Positions 9,288-18,745 of a DNA stretch of 64,000 nucleotides are shown in pieces. The notes beneath the pieces are model-generated. The model was given only the letters and a program-made list of their open reading frames with translations. It ran no database searches and was not told where the DNA came from. Source of the stretch: Rhodothermales bacterium (GTDB taxonomy: Bacteria > Bacteroidota > Rhodothermia > Rhodothermales > VXPQ01). The position numbers and the translations under genes were made by a program. The stretch covers positions 1,067,246 to 1,131,245 of the forward strand of contig OZ246975.1 in NCBI GenBank assembly GCA_965232485.1. Reading direction: 5' to 3'. Position 1 is the first letter of the stretch, and each line of letters starts with the position of its first letter.

Positions 9288-10495
9288 CAAAACCTCTCTG
9301 CACCCGAACCCTGAACATCGTTTTCGGCATGGCCCTCTTGCTCTGCACGGCGGGCGGCGCCGCCGGGCAGGCCGCCTTCGACAAAATGCACCTCGACGAG
9401 GCGTTCTATGCGGAAGGGGGCGCGATCGGAGACCTGAACGGGGACGGGGCGGCGGACCTCGTGGCGGGGCCGTACTGGTACGCCGGACCCTCGTTCGAGG
9501 CGCGTCATGCGTTTTACGAACCCAAGCCGTTCGGCATAAAGGGCTTTTCGTATTCGGATAATTTCATCGTCGATGTGCACGATTTCAACGACGACGGCTG
9601 GAACGACATTCTGGTGATCGGCTTTCCGGGACAAGAGGCGTTCTGGTACGAAAATCCCGGCGAGCCGGATGCAGAGAACGCCGGGCGCTGGACGCGGCGT
9701 CTCGCCCTCCCCAGGGTGGACAACGAGTCGCCTCACATTCTGGACATCACCGGAAACGGGCGCCCGGACATCGTCTGTCACGTGGACGGCTACCTGGGCT
9801 ATGCATCGTATGATCCAGAGCGTCCGACCGAACCGTGGACGTTCCGGCAGGTCGCCGGTCCGTACGAGGGATTATTCCGCTTCACGCACGGATTCGGAGT
9901 CGGGGACGTGAACGGCGACGGGTTGCTTGACCTGCTCATGTCGAACGGATGGTGGGAAAATCCGGGATTCGATGTGGATGCTCCCTGGAAACATCATGAA
10001 GAAGCGTTCGCCCTCGGCGCCGCGCAAATGTATGCCTACGACGTGGACGGAGACGGGCTGAACGATGTGATCGCGAGCCGCGACGCGCACGGCTGGGGGC
10101 TTTCATGGTTTCGGCAGTTGCCGGACGGCGGATTCGAGAAACACATTATCCTCCGGAAGGATGCGGCGCACGAGCCGGGCAGGGTCCGGTTCTCCCAACT
10201 GCATGCCGTAGCGCTCGCGGACATGGACCGGGACGGACTGAAAGATCTCGTAACCGGAAAACGATTCCGGGCGCACGGAGAGGAAGTGGATCCCGAACCG
10301 AATGCCCCGCCGGCGCTCTACTGGTTCCGGCTCACGCGAACGGATAACGGCGTCGTCTGGACTCCCCATCTCGTCGACGACGATTCAGGCGTCGGGGTCG
10401 CCCTTGCGGTGGCCGACGCCAACGGAGACGAGTATCCGGATATTCTGGTCGTGAACAAGAAAGGCGCGTATATTTTTCGCCAGAATATCTGGTAA
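9284..10495 (+). CDS. FG-GAP/VCBS repeat (seven-blade propeller-like) secreted protein
   Basis: The ATG at 9284 overlaps the upstream TGA (ATGA). Signal peptide MTKPLCTRTLNIVFGMALLLCTAGGAAGQ. Seven D-x-[ND]-x-D-G-type repeats: GDLNGDGAADLV, HDFNDDGWNDILV, LDITGNGRPDIV, GDVNGDGLLDLL, YDVDGDGLNDVI, ADMDRDGLKDLV, ADANGDEYPDILV. Confidence 0.8.
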   Translation: MTKPLCTRTLNIVFGMALLLCTAGGAAGQAAFDKMHLDEAFYAEGGAIGDLNGDGAADLVAGPYWYAGPSFEARHAFYEPKPFGIKGFSYSDNFIVDVHDFNDDGWNDILVIGFPGQEAFWYENPGEPDAENAGRWTRRLALPRVDNESPHILDITGNGRPDIVCHVDGYLGYASYDPERPTEPWTFRQVAGPYEGLFRFTHGFGVGDVNGDGLLDLLMSNGWWENPGFDVDAPWKHHEEAFALGAAQMYAYDVDGDGLNDVIASRDAHGWGLSWFRQLPDGGFEKHIILRKDAAHEPGRVRFSQLHAVALADMDRDGLKDLVTGKRFRAHGEEVDPEPNAPPALYWFRLTRTDNGVVWTPHLVDDDSGVGVALAVADANGDEYPDILVVNKKGAYIFRQNIW

Positions 10496-10576
10496 ACAGC
10501 CGGACGGACGCGAGCATGCAAAGCGCCGGCGCAAAAATACCTGTTACGTATACCACATTATCCACAAGAGGTTTCC

Positions 10577-13195
10577 ATGCCTGCCGGCCTGTCCCTGCCC
10601 CGCTCTTTTTTTCTTCGCAGCGTCCTTGCCGTCGCCGCCGTCTCGCTTGCCGTTTCGACGGGTTCCGCACCGGCGGCTGCACAGGACGCCGGACATGCGC
10701 CGGCGGCCGACGGGCGCACGCTGAACCTCGATTTCGAAACAGGCGACCTGACTGACTGGACCGCCGAGGGCGACGCCTTCGGCAACGGACCCGTCGAAGG
10801 CGATGCGTTCGCTTCGGGCGAGGCCGTCGTCGCAGAAATGATTCAGGCGCTGCGGGAACGGCGCAGACAGGAACCGGCGGACTTGCGAAGCGGACACCAG
10901 GGCGCCCGATGGATCAGTTCCGGCGCAGCGCACGGACCGGCGAGCAAAGGGACACTGACGTCTTCTCCGTTTGAGGCGACCCATCCGTACGCAAGTTTTC
11001 TGATTTCGGGAGGCGCGCTGGAAAGCACCCGGGCGGAACTGGTGCGGGCGCGAGACGGGGCTGTCATTTTTTCGACGAGCGGCGACAACGACCTTGCCTT
11101 GCGTCCCGTCGTGGCCGACCTGCAAGAACATGTGGGGGAAACCATCTTCATACGGCTCGTGGACGAGGACGCCGGCGGCTCCACGGCGGCCTACATCCCC
11201 GAGAACGCGTACGCGCACATCAACTTCGACCATTTTCGCCTGCATGCCGAGCGGCCTTCGTTCCCGGACGAGCTGGATCCTTCCGGCATAGCAAGGTTGC
11301 CGGCCTGGGACCCTGTGCTGCTGGAAGGCGGAAGCCCGCAGGAAGCCGCACAAACCATGACCGTCCCGGACGGCTTCCGCGTGCAACTGGCGGCGGCGGA
11401 ACCGGATGTGGTCAATCCCATTGCGATGGCGCTTGATCACCGGGGGCGCGCGTGGGTTGTCGAGGGAAGAACCTATCCGGTTCGGGCTCCGGAAGGCGAA
11501 GGCAAGGACCGCATTCTCATTTTTGAAGACACCGACGGAGACGGGGCGTTCGATGTGCGGAAAGTCTTTATGGAAGGATTGAATCTGGTGAGCGGACTGG
11601 AACTGGGATTCGGGGGAGTATGGGTCGGAGCGGCCCCCTACCTGCTCTACATCCCTGTCGACGCCTCGGGAGACCGGCCCGCAGGCCCCCCGGAGGTATT
11701 GCTGGACGGCTTCGGCTACCACGACACGCACGAGACCCTGAATTCCTTCATGTGGGGACCGGACGGCTGGCTCTACGGTACGCACGGCGTATTCACCCAC
11801 TCGAACGTGGGCAAGCCGGGCGCGGGGGACGATGAGCGCGAAAAACTCAATGCGGGCGTATGGCGGTATCATCCGACGCAGCGCATTTTCGAAGTGTTTG
11901 CGTACGGCACCAGCAATTCCTGGGGGCTGGACTGGGATGCGCACGGGCAACTGTTCCTGACCGCCTGCGTCATTCCGCACTTGCATCACGTCATCCCCGG
12001 CGCCCGCATGATCCGGCAGGCCGGACAGCATTTCAATCCGTACGCGTACGACGATCTGGACCCGATCGGCGACCATGTGCACTGGGTGGGCAATCTGGGA
12101 CCCCATGCGGGCAACCGGCGATCCGGTTCGGCGGGCGGCGGGCACGCCCATGCGGGCGCCATGATATACCAGGGCGGCTCGTGGCCGGAAACGTACCACG
12201 GGCGCATTTTCATGCACAATATCCACGGATTCCGGGCGAACACAGACATTCTCGAACGAAGCGGCTCCGGGTATGTGGGCCGGCACGGAGAGGATTTTCT
12301 GCTGACTCATGACAGCTGGTCCCAGATGCTGGATCTCGTATACGGCCCGGACGGGTCCGTGCATGTCATCGACTGGTACGACAAGAACCAGTGTCATCAT
12401 AACAACCCGGAGAGCCATGACCATGAGACCGGGCGCATCTACCGGATTTCGCACGAGAACGACGAGTGGACGCCGGTCGATCTGGAGCGGCTCTCTTCCG
12501 TGGAACTGGCCGAACTCCAGATGCATCCGAACGACTGGTACGTGCGCACCGCGCGGCGCATCCTGCAGGACCGGGGACCGGACGAAGCCGTGCACGAAAC
12601 GCTATGGACCCTGTTCGAGGAGCGTCCGGACGAAACGCGGAAGTTGCGGGCGCTCTGGGCGCTGCACGTAACCGGGGGCCTTTCGGACGAGTCGCTGACC
12701 GGACTGCTCGCTCACGAAAACGAACATGTCCGGGCATGGGCAATCCATCTTCTGGCCGAAGACCGGAACGTGCCCGAAGAGGCGGCGCAGGCGTTCGCCC
12801 GGATGGCCCGGGAAGACGATTCTGCGCTGGTCCGGCTCTACGTCGCCAGCGCCCTTCAGCGCATGGCCCCCGAGCGCAGATGGGACGCGCTGGAAGCGCT
12901 CCTCGGACGAACCGAAGACGCCGAGGATCAAAATATTCCCCTGATGGCATGGTATGCGCTGGAGCCGCTGGTCCCCGCGGACATGGGCAGGGCCATGGAC
13001 CTGGCGCTTTCCGCCAGACTGCCTCGCATTTTGCCCTTCGCCGTCAGCCGCATTGCGGCCACAGGCAGCGAAGAAGCGCTCGCCTTGCTGTCGGAATACC
13101 TTGGCGCGCTGGAGGATGCGGACCAGCAGGCCGTGATTATAGAAGGGCTTGACGCCTGGGCGGAACAAGCGGAAGAGCAAGAACAAGACCGCTGA
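10577..13195 (+). CDS. PVC/Bacteroidota-type 'putative membrane-bound dehydrogenase domain' protein with N-terminal jelly-roll-like module and C-terminal HEAT-like repeats; no cytochrome c module
   Basis: Signal peptide present. Hallmark segment MTVPDGFRVQLAAAEPDVVNPIAMALDHRGRAWVVEGRTYP..ILIFEDTDGDGAFD..GLELGFGGVWVGAAPYLLY..WGPDGWLYGTHG. HEAT-like tail (EHVRAWAIHLLAED...). No CxxCH motif anywhere in the 872 aa. Confidence 0.8.
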   Translation: MPAGLSLPRSFFLRSVLAVAAVSLAVSTGSAPAAAQDAGHAPAADGRTLNLDFETGDLTDWTAEGDAFGNGPVEGDAFASGEAVVAEMIQALRERRRQEPADLRSGHQGARWISSGAAHGPASKGTLTSSPFEATHPYASFLISGGALESTRAELVRARDGAVIFSTSGDNDLALRPVVADLQEHVGETIFIRLVDEDAGGSTAAYIPENAYAHINFDHFRLHAERPSFPDELDPSGIARLPAWDPVLLEGGSPQEAAQTMTVPDGFRVQLAAAEPDVVNPIAMALDHRGRAWVVEGRTYPVRAPEGEGKDRILIFEDTDGDGAFDVRKVFMEGLNLVSGLELGFGGVWVGAAPYLLYIPVDASGDRPAGPPEVLLDGFGYHDTHETLNSFMWGPDGWLYGTHGVFTHSNVGKPGAGDDEREKLNAGVWRYHPTQRIFEVFAYGTSNSWGLDWDAHGQLFLTACVIPHLHHVIPGARMIRQAGQHFNPYAYDDLDPIGDHVHWVGNLGPHAGNRRSGSAGGGHAHAGAMIYQGGSWPETYHGRIFMHNIHGFRANTDILERSGSGYVGRHGEDFLLTHDSWSQMLDLVYGPDGSVHVIDWYDKNQCHHNNPESHDHETGRIYRISHENDEWTPVDLERLSSVELAELQMHPNDWYVRTARRILQDRGPDEAVHETLWTLFEERPDETRKLRALWALHVTGGLSDESLTGLLAHENEHVRAWAIHLLAEDRNVPEEAAQAFARMAREDDSALVRLYVASALQRMAPERRWDALEALLGRTEDAEDQNIPLMAWYALEPLVPADMGRAMDLALSARLPRILPFAVSRIAATGSEEALALLSEYLGALEDADQQAVIIEGLDAWAEQAEEQEQDR

Positions 13196-13265
13196 AAAAA
13201 AGGTATATTGCGGGCGTAATCCGTCCACCATTTTTTCCTTGTTCATCAACCTGTTACGAGAAATC

Positions 13266-14213
13266 ATGCGGGAAACCATGAAAGGCCCGGATCATGAGGG
13301 CAATCAGGCGCTTCTGGGCGTCCAGCTCAAGGATATTGAAAAAACGCTTCCCCTCCGGGTACTCTCCGAAGAAGACTGGGAGCGCTGGAAAACCTGGGGC
13401 TATGTGATCGTGCGCGACGCCATCCCCCCCGACCATATCGAGCGTCTGAAGGCTTTTTTGTGGGAATTTCAGGAAATGGATCCCAACAACCCGTCCACAT
13501 GGAGCGCCACGGACCGGCGGGCGCACGGGATGGCGGAACTCAACAACTCGGGCATGGTGGAGGTATACAATCACCAGTTCCTGTGGGATACCCGGCAAGC
13601 GCAGCGGGTATACGACGCCTATGTAGATATCTGGGACCGCGAAGACTTGTGGGTCACCATCGACCGGGCGAACCTGAACACGCCGAACCGGGACGCGCGC
13701 AAGTTTGGAGGCTTCATTCACTGGGACGTGGACACGTCGCAGGATCCGCTGCCCGTCAATGTGCAGGGCGTATTGTCCCTCGTGGATACGAACGACAAGG
13801 TCGGAGGATTGCAATGCGTGCCCGAATTGTTCCGGGTCTTCGACGAATGGGTCAAAACGCAGCCTGCGGACAGGGACCCGTTCCGGCCGGACACGACCGG
13901 GTTCGAAGTGCAGTTCATCCCGCTGCGCGCCGGGGACCTGATTATCTGGAACTCGCTGCAAGCGCACGGCATCCGCCCAAACACCTCGAAGGATCGGGTG
14001 CGCATGGCGCAGTACGTCTCCATGTATCCGGCCAACGAAGACAACGAGGAGCTCCGGCAGCAGCGCATCCATTCATGGCGCGAATGCGAACCGCCCAAGG
14101 GCGTCGCCTTCCCGGGCGATCCGCGCGAACTGGAAAAGAAGGTGTACGGAAAAGCCAACCTCAACGATCTCGGCAAGCGTCTGCTGGGACTGGAGCGCTG
14201 GAATGGGGCATGA
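13266..14213 (+). CDS. Phytanoyl-CoA dioxygenase (PhyH) family Fe(II)/2-oxoglutarate oxygenase
   Basis: WGYVIVRDAIPPDHIERL.., H-x-D facial-triad motif in GGFIHWDVD, distal ..LQAHGIRPNTSKDRVRMAQYV. Start moved to the ATG at 13266 because the track start overlaps the upstream CDS. Confidence 0.8.
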   Translation: MRETMKGPDHEGNQALLGVQLKDIEKTLPLRVLSEEDWERWKTWGYVIVRDAIPPDHIERLKAFLWEFQEMDPNNPSTWSATDRRAHGMAELNNSGMVEVYNHQFLWDTRQAQRVYDAYVDIWDREDLWVTIDRANLNTPNRDARKFGGFIHWDVDTSQDPLPVNVQGVLSLVDTNDKVGGLQCVPELFRVFDEWVKTQPADRDPFRPDTTGFEVQFIPLRAGDLIIWNSLQAHGIRPNTSKDRVRMAQYVSMYPANEDNEELRQQRIHSWRECEPPKGVAFPGDPRELEKKVYGKANLNDLGKRLLGLERWNGA

Positions 14214-14237
14214 GCATTGGGCATACTTTCTTAACCG

Positions 14238-15287
14238 TTGCCTCAGAAAACTTTTCCTCCGACGCCATTGGCGCAGCAACTAAAGCGCGAGGCAATATTA
14301 AACCGATCCGGCCTGGAGCTCGGTTCTGGCGCAGTGCCCCCGCTTCGCAAGAAGAATTACTATGTAGTAGCCAAAAAGATGGATGGCGATGCCCCAAAGG
14401 ATTTCATACACGTCTACGCCTACGGACAAGCTCGACGAGATGCACCGCACGCATGGCCCGCGTACATCGCCAAGGTAGGGCACAAGTGGTATCCCAATGA
14501 ATCGATCACGGAGCATCTGCTCACCCGGATAGGGGAGTTGCTCGGCCTGGAGATGGCGCAATCCTCCCTCCGGTCAGCCCATGGCCAAATCCGTTTTTTG
14601 AGTCGATATTTTCTCGATTCCAAACAAAATCTCGTTCACGGAACCGAGATATTTGGGGGATATCTCGAAGACGATCAATTCGTGAAGGAAGTAGAAAAGG
14701 CCGGTGCTGATCGGGATTTGTTTACGTTCCAATTCGTCCACAAAGCAATTTCTTCGGAATTTCCTGGTCAGGCGCCCGCCATTTTGGAAGAGTATGTCCG
14801 CATGCTCGCCTTCGACGCCATCGTGGGCAATAACGACCGGCACCATTATAATTGGGGAATCGTGGTCCGCCCCCGCCCCCACCCTGACCATATACCATAT
14901 TTTTCGCCGATTTACGACAGCGCCCGGGGACTTTTCTGGAACGATCCGGAGGAAAAACTTCAAGCCGTTGAACAGGATCCGGATCCAAAACGGTTGCGGA
15001 CGTTCCTTGATCGGTACATAAAAAAATCGCGGCCAAAGACCGGCTGGGACGGAGAAAATAACCTCAATCATATCTCGCTGATCCGCAACATTTACCAAAC
15101 CTATCCCGATTTTCGCCCAGCGCTGGCGAATCTTTGCCACTCCCAACTCGTAGAAAAAGTGCGGCATGTGCTCGACAGTGAATTCCGTCCACTCATGAGC
15201 GCCTTGCGCCGGAGGATGATCCTGCGTTGCCTGCAACGGCGCCTGGAATTGTTATCCGATGCTCTGCAAACCGGGAATGCCCCATGA
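14238..15287 (+). CDS. HipA-C-like Ser/Thr kinase (HipT-like; lacks the HipA N-terminal subdomain)
   Basis: Catalytic-loop motif AFDAIVGNNDRHHYNWG and metal-binding FSPIYDSARG, as in the HipA kinase core. Start uncertain: TTG at 14238, first ATG at 14379. Confidence 0.75.
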   Translation: MPQKTFPPTPLAQQLKREAILNRSGLELGSGAVPPLRKKNYYVVAKKMDGDAPKDFIHVYAYGQARRDAPHAWPAYIAKVGHKWYPNESITEHLLTRIGELLGLEMAQSSLRSAHGQIRFLSRYFLDSKQNLVHGTEIFGGYLEDDQFVKEVEKAGADRDLFTFQFVHKAISSEFPGQAPAILEEYVRMLAFDAIVGNNDRHHYNWGIVVRPRPHPDHIPYFSPIYDSARGLFWNDPEEKLQAVEQDPDPKRLRTFLDRYIKKSRPKTGWDGENNLNHISLIRNIYQTYPDFRPALANLCHSQLVEKVRHVLDSEFRPLMSALRRRMILRCLQRRLELLSDALQTGNAP

Positions 15288-15721
15288 TCGAAAACCTGAA
15301 AAAAATACTATCCCGGGAAGGGGGTCGCGAGTACGTCCAACCTTCAACGGAGGAAAAAGCCGACTTCCTGTTGCGCGTACGCGAGCGCACCGGGCATGCA
15401 CTGGATGTAGGGCGCCTGTCTCTCCGCAAGGGAAAGTGGCATTTCGAGTACACCGATGACTTCCGGCGCCAAACGGATATCCGCCCCATCGTGAATTTTC
15501 CCAACCTTGACAAACATTATGAATCCGCTACGCTGTGGCCGTTTTTCGTAATCCGTATCCCCGGTCTGAAGCAGCCCGCGGTCCAGCGCGAAATCAGGGA
15601 GAAGAAACTCGACGAACGCAATGAGGCCCAACTCCTCAAGCATTTCGGAAAAACCTCTATCGCCAATCCGTTCATCCTGATCCCGCAGGACGAACTATCG
15701 CCCCCCGCAACCGGGCCGTAG
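15284..15721 (+). CDS. HipA N-terminal-subdomain-like small protein (HipS-like)
   Basis: The ATG at 15284 overlaps the kinase stop (ATGA). VGRLSLRKGKWHFEYTDDFRRQTDIRPIVNFP..YESATLWPFFVIRIPG..LLKHFGKTSIANPFIL resembles the HipA N-terminal 'coupling' domain. Confidence 0.6.
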   Translation: MIENLKKILSREGGREYVQPSTEEKADFLLRVRERTGHALDVGRLSLRKGKWHFEYTDDFRRQTDIRPIVNFPNLDKHYESATLWPFFVIRIPGLKQPAVQREIREKKLDERNEAQLLKHFGKTSIANPFILIPQDELSPPATGP

Positions 15722-15842
15722 CGAGCGAGGCCATATATTCGGCCCGATTGTTCGCCGCCGACGCCGCATAGTCGTCTGGAGCACGAGAAAGTCCGGGGGC
15801 TTACCTTGTTCCCGGACTTTTTCGCCATATTCGAAGCAAGAC

Positions 15843-17738
15843 ATGCCTGACAATATCGTCAAAGGCAGAAAGCGCGCAGAAATCCATAGCGACAGCAGAT
15901 CCAACCTTCGTACGCAAACCCTGCTGCTGCTCCTGCTTGCGTGGACGGCCTTGCCAAACAGGACCGCCGCGCAGCCATCCGCCCAGGCTATCGTTTCCGG
16001 AGAGCGGATGCTGTATCACCCGATCCGCATCACGTTCGAGGGCCCGGAAGCATCCGAAACCGGCACGCCGAACCCGTTTCGCGACTACCGGCTGAACGTA
16101 ACGTTCCGCCATGAGGAAACGGGCGAGCAACTCGTCGCGCCGGGCTATTTCGCCGCCGACGGAAACGCCGCGGACACCGGAGCCGATTCGGGGAACCGGT
16201 GGCGCGTCCATTTTACGCCCCGCCGCGTCGGAACCTGGACCTGGCGCGCTTCCTTCCGAACGGGAACCGATGTGGCGATCCGGCTGGCTCCCCTGGCAGG
16301 CGCGCCTGCGGCCTTCGACGGCGCGCGCGGCGCATTCGCCATATTCGAAACCGACAAAACCGGACCGGATTTTCGAGGCAAGGGCATGCTGCGCTATGTC
16401 GGAGCGCATTATCTGCGCTTCGACGACGGTTCCTGGTTTCTGAAAGGCGGCGCGGACAGCCCGGAAACGCTGCTGGCGTACGAAGATTTCGACGGAACTT
16501 CCGCGCATGCGGACAATGCGCCGCTCAAAACCTGGGCGCCGCACATCCGGGACTGGAACGAGGGCGATCCCGTCTGGCGAGGCGGCAAGGGCAAGGGGCT
16601 TGTCGGCGCCCTGAATTATCTGGCTTCAGAGGGCCTGAACGCCGTTTCGTTCCTTACGATGAATGTCGAGGGGGATGGCAAGAACGTGTGGCCCTGGATC
16701 CGGCGCGACGTCCGCGACCGGTTCGACGTCTCAAAACTCGCGCAATGGGAGCGCGTCTTCGCCCATGCCGACAGCCTGGGCCTTTACCTGCATTTCAAAA
16801 CGCAGGAAACGGAAAACGATCTGTTGCTGGACGGAGGCGAACTGGGCCCGGAGCGCAAACTGTATTACCGGGAACTGGCGGCGCGTTTCGGACATCACCT
16901 TGCCCTGAACTGGAATCTGGGCGAAGAAAACGACATCTGGGAAGAGCTTGACGATCCGAAGCAATACCGAATCCGGTCGTATGCGGAATATATTCGCGCG
17001 CTGGACCCCTACGACCATCCGATCGTGATCCATACCTATCCGAACCAGCACATAGAGGCGTACACGCCTTTGCTGGGCGCTTCTTCCGAACTGGCGGGAA
17101 TGTCCTTGCAAACGCACTGGAACCGGGTGCATGAGCATACGCTGTTGTGGCGGCGCGCCTCGGCGGCCGCGGGCAAAAAATGGGTGATCGCCAACGACGA
17201 ACAGGGCGATGCGCAGACCGGCGTCATGCCGGACGGTCCGGAAAGCAACCACGACGATATTCGGCGGCGCGTCATCTGGGGGCACCTTATGGCGGGGGGA
17301 GCCGGGCTGGAATTCTACTTCGGCTACCAGCATCCGCACAACGACCTGAACCTGGAGGATTTCCGGAGCCGGGACCGGTTCTGGGATTACGTACGCCACG
17401 CCCTGCATTTCTTCGACGCCTGGCTGCCCTACCGGGAAATGGCGCCGGACGACGGCCTTGCGCCGGGAGACCGGTACGCACTGGCGAAGCCGGGGGAAAT
17501 CTATGCGGCGTATGTACCGGAGGCCTCGCCGGGCGACGAGGACATATCCCTGAACGTACTTCCGGGTAACTACTCTGTGCACTGGTACGATCCGGCGGAA
17601 GGCGGCGCGCTGCAAACCGGCGGCGTGGCGAGGGTCGAGCGCATGGCGGGAGACGACGCGGTATCCATTGGCGCGCCGCCGCCCGGCCCGAACGGCAAGG
17701 ATTGGGTTGCGCTGGTGCGGGCGGAGGAGGAAGAATAA
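15843..17738 (+). CDS. DUF5060-domain protein with GH5-like (cellulase-superfamily) catalytic region, secreted
   Basis: Signal-like LLLLLLAWTALPNRTAAQ. DUF5060-type N-terminus (YHPIRITFEGPEASETGTPNPFRDYRLNVTFRHEETGEQLVAPGYFAADGN..WRVHFTPRRVGTWTW), then FLKGGADSPETLLAYEDFDGT.. and a TIM-barrel-like region. Confidence 0.75.
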   Translation: MPDNIVKGRKRAEIHSDSRSNLRTQTLLLLLLAWTALPNRTAAQPSAQAIVSGERMLYHPIRITFEGPEASETGTPNPFRDYRLNVTFRHEETGEQLVAPGYFAADGNAADTGADSGNRWRVHFTPRRVGTWTWRASFRTGTDVAIRLAPLAGAPAAFDGARGAFAIFETDKTGPDFRGKGMLRYVGAHYLRFDDGSWFLKGGADSPETLLAYEDFDGTSAHADNAPLKTWAPHIRDWNEGDPVWRGGKGKGLVGALNYLASEGLNAVSFLTMNVEGDGKNVWPWIRRDVRDRFDVSKLAQWERVFAHADSLGLYLHFKTQETENDLLLDGGELGPERKLYYRELAARFGHHLALNWNLGEENDIWEELDDPKQYRIRSYAEYIRALDPYDHPIVIHTYPNQHIEAYTPLLGASSELAGMSLQTHWNRVHEHTLLWRRASAAAGKKWVIANDEQGDAQTGVMPDGPESNHDDIRRRVIWGHLMAGGAGLEFYFGYQHPHNDLNLEDFRSRDRFWDYVRHALHFFDAWLPYREMAPDDGLAPGDRYALAKPGEIYAAYVPEASPGDEDISLNVLPGNYSVHWYDPAEGGALQTGGVARVERMAGDDAVSIGAPPPGPNGKDWVALVRAEEEE

Positions 17739-17757
17739 ACGCGGGAGCCCTGAGGCG

Positions 17758-17931
17758 TCAGGCGCTTGCCCGGGAAGCGAAGCCCGCACGGATCGGGTCG
17801 AGGCAAAAAGTCACTCTGACGTGCGTGGTCTCGGCGACGATCTCGGGTTCGGTTCCATTGAACTCGCGCATGGCGCGGCGCATGACGGGCCACCCGCGCC
17901 CGCGCTGTTCCATGAAACCCATCGCGACCAT
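17758..17931 (-). pseudogene. Orphan C-terminal fragment resembling the HATPase_c_4 / RecG-like 'putative DNA-binding' domain
   Basis: My own translation of a frame not in the track: MVAMGFMEQRGRGWPVMRRAMREFNGTEPEIVAETTHVRVTFCLDPIRAGFASRASA*. The pattern G-F-x-E-x-R-G-x-G..M...M...G...P.I......V.VTF is typical of that C-terminus. No upstream body exists (in-frame stop about 17960). Confidence 0.35.
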
Positions 17932-17936
17932 AACAG

Positions 17937-18745
17937 AAAGCGCTGTTCGCCACGAGCCCGAACCTGCTCATTCAGATTGCGATCCTGTGGTAAGGGAGCA
18001 CCGATATAGACGCGCAGGCCATCGAGAAAAGTGCTCTTGCCGGTCATGCTCCCGCCTATGATACAGGTCAGGTCAGGACTTAATTCAAAACGCTTTTTTG
18101 CTTTCCCAGGCCCAGTTGCGCCAAAAAAAGAAGCCGATCCATTGGCCTCAACGCATTTGAGCCAGGGACGCCGGTTCGCCGCAATGTCGGGGGGATTCGG
18201 GATCGGAACTAATTCCTCCTTGCCATCCTTTTCGTAGGCAATGCGTATCCGCGAATCGCTGGCGATGAACGCCTGACGCAACGCTTCTATTCGCGGACTG
18301 GCGAGTTTCATCCAGGTATAACGCTTCCCAATGTCATCGATAACACAGGCGTCGCTACCGTGGAAGAACGCCTGATAGTTTGTCGCCATCCCATCAGAGA
18401 GCCAAGGGCGGTTCTGAAGTGTATCTAATGTGGCGTGAGGCCGAGTACGCGAACACGGCGTTCCACCGCTCCCTGGAGAAACCGCCGGGCATAAGCCTTA
18501 AGCGCCTCAGGCGATTTAGGATCGCCGCTAACGCCAGTGGGCATCTTCGCCCTGCATCCAGGAATATCGTCTATGGTGTGAATGTGCAAATCCGCTTTGA
18601 ACCACCGCGCACCCGATACCTCGCGGCGCCAATCGTCGGTCTCTTGTCGCACAAACGCCATTATACAATCTCCGGGCACATGCGCCCTATCCCGTAAATC
18701 CGGGCAATCTCTTGCTGAAGTTCTTGGGAATCCGCCATGCCGCAA
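17937..18745 (-). pseudogene. Frameshifted, 3'-truncated remnant of a PHP-domain / P-loop ATPase gene (defence-type AAA/ABC-like ATPase)
   Basis: ORF 18425..18745 carries a PHP-type N-terminus: ARWFKADLHIHTIDD..VRVLGLTPH. It continues in a different frame in ORF 17811..18389, which has a Walker A (LTCIIGGSMTGKSTFLDGL). After ..NEQVRARGEQRF the translation becomes low-complexity and the gene lacks the several hundred residues expected downstream. Confidence 0.55.

Noticed and set aside
10577-13195. Looked for a CxxCH heme-binding motif expected in this protein family (QCHH at ..DKNQCHHNNPE.. caught the eye).
   Set aside because: QCHH is not CxxCH and no other candidate is present. The absence is reported as part of the cupredoxin finding rather than as a heme site.
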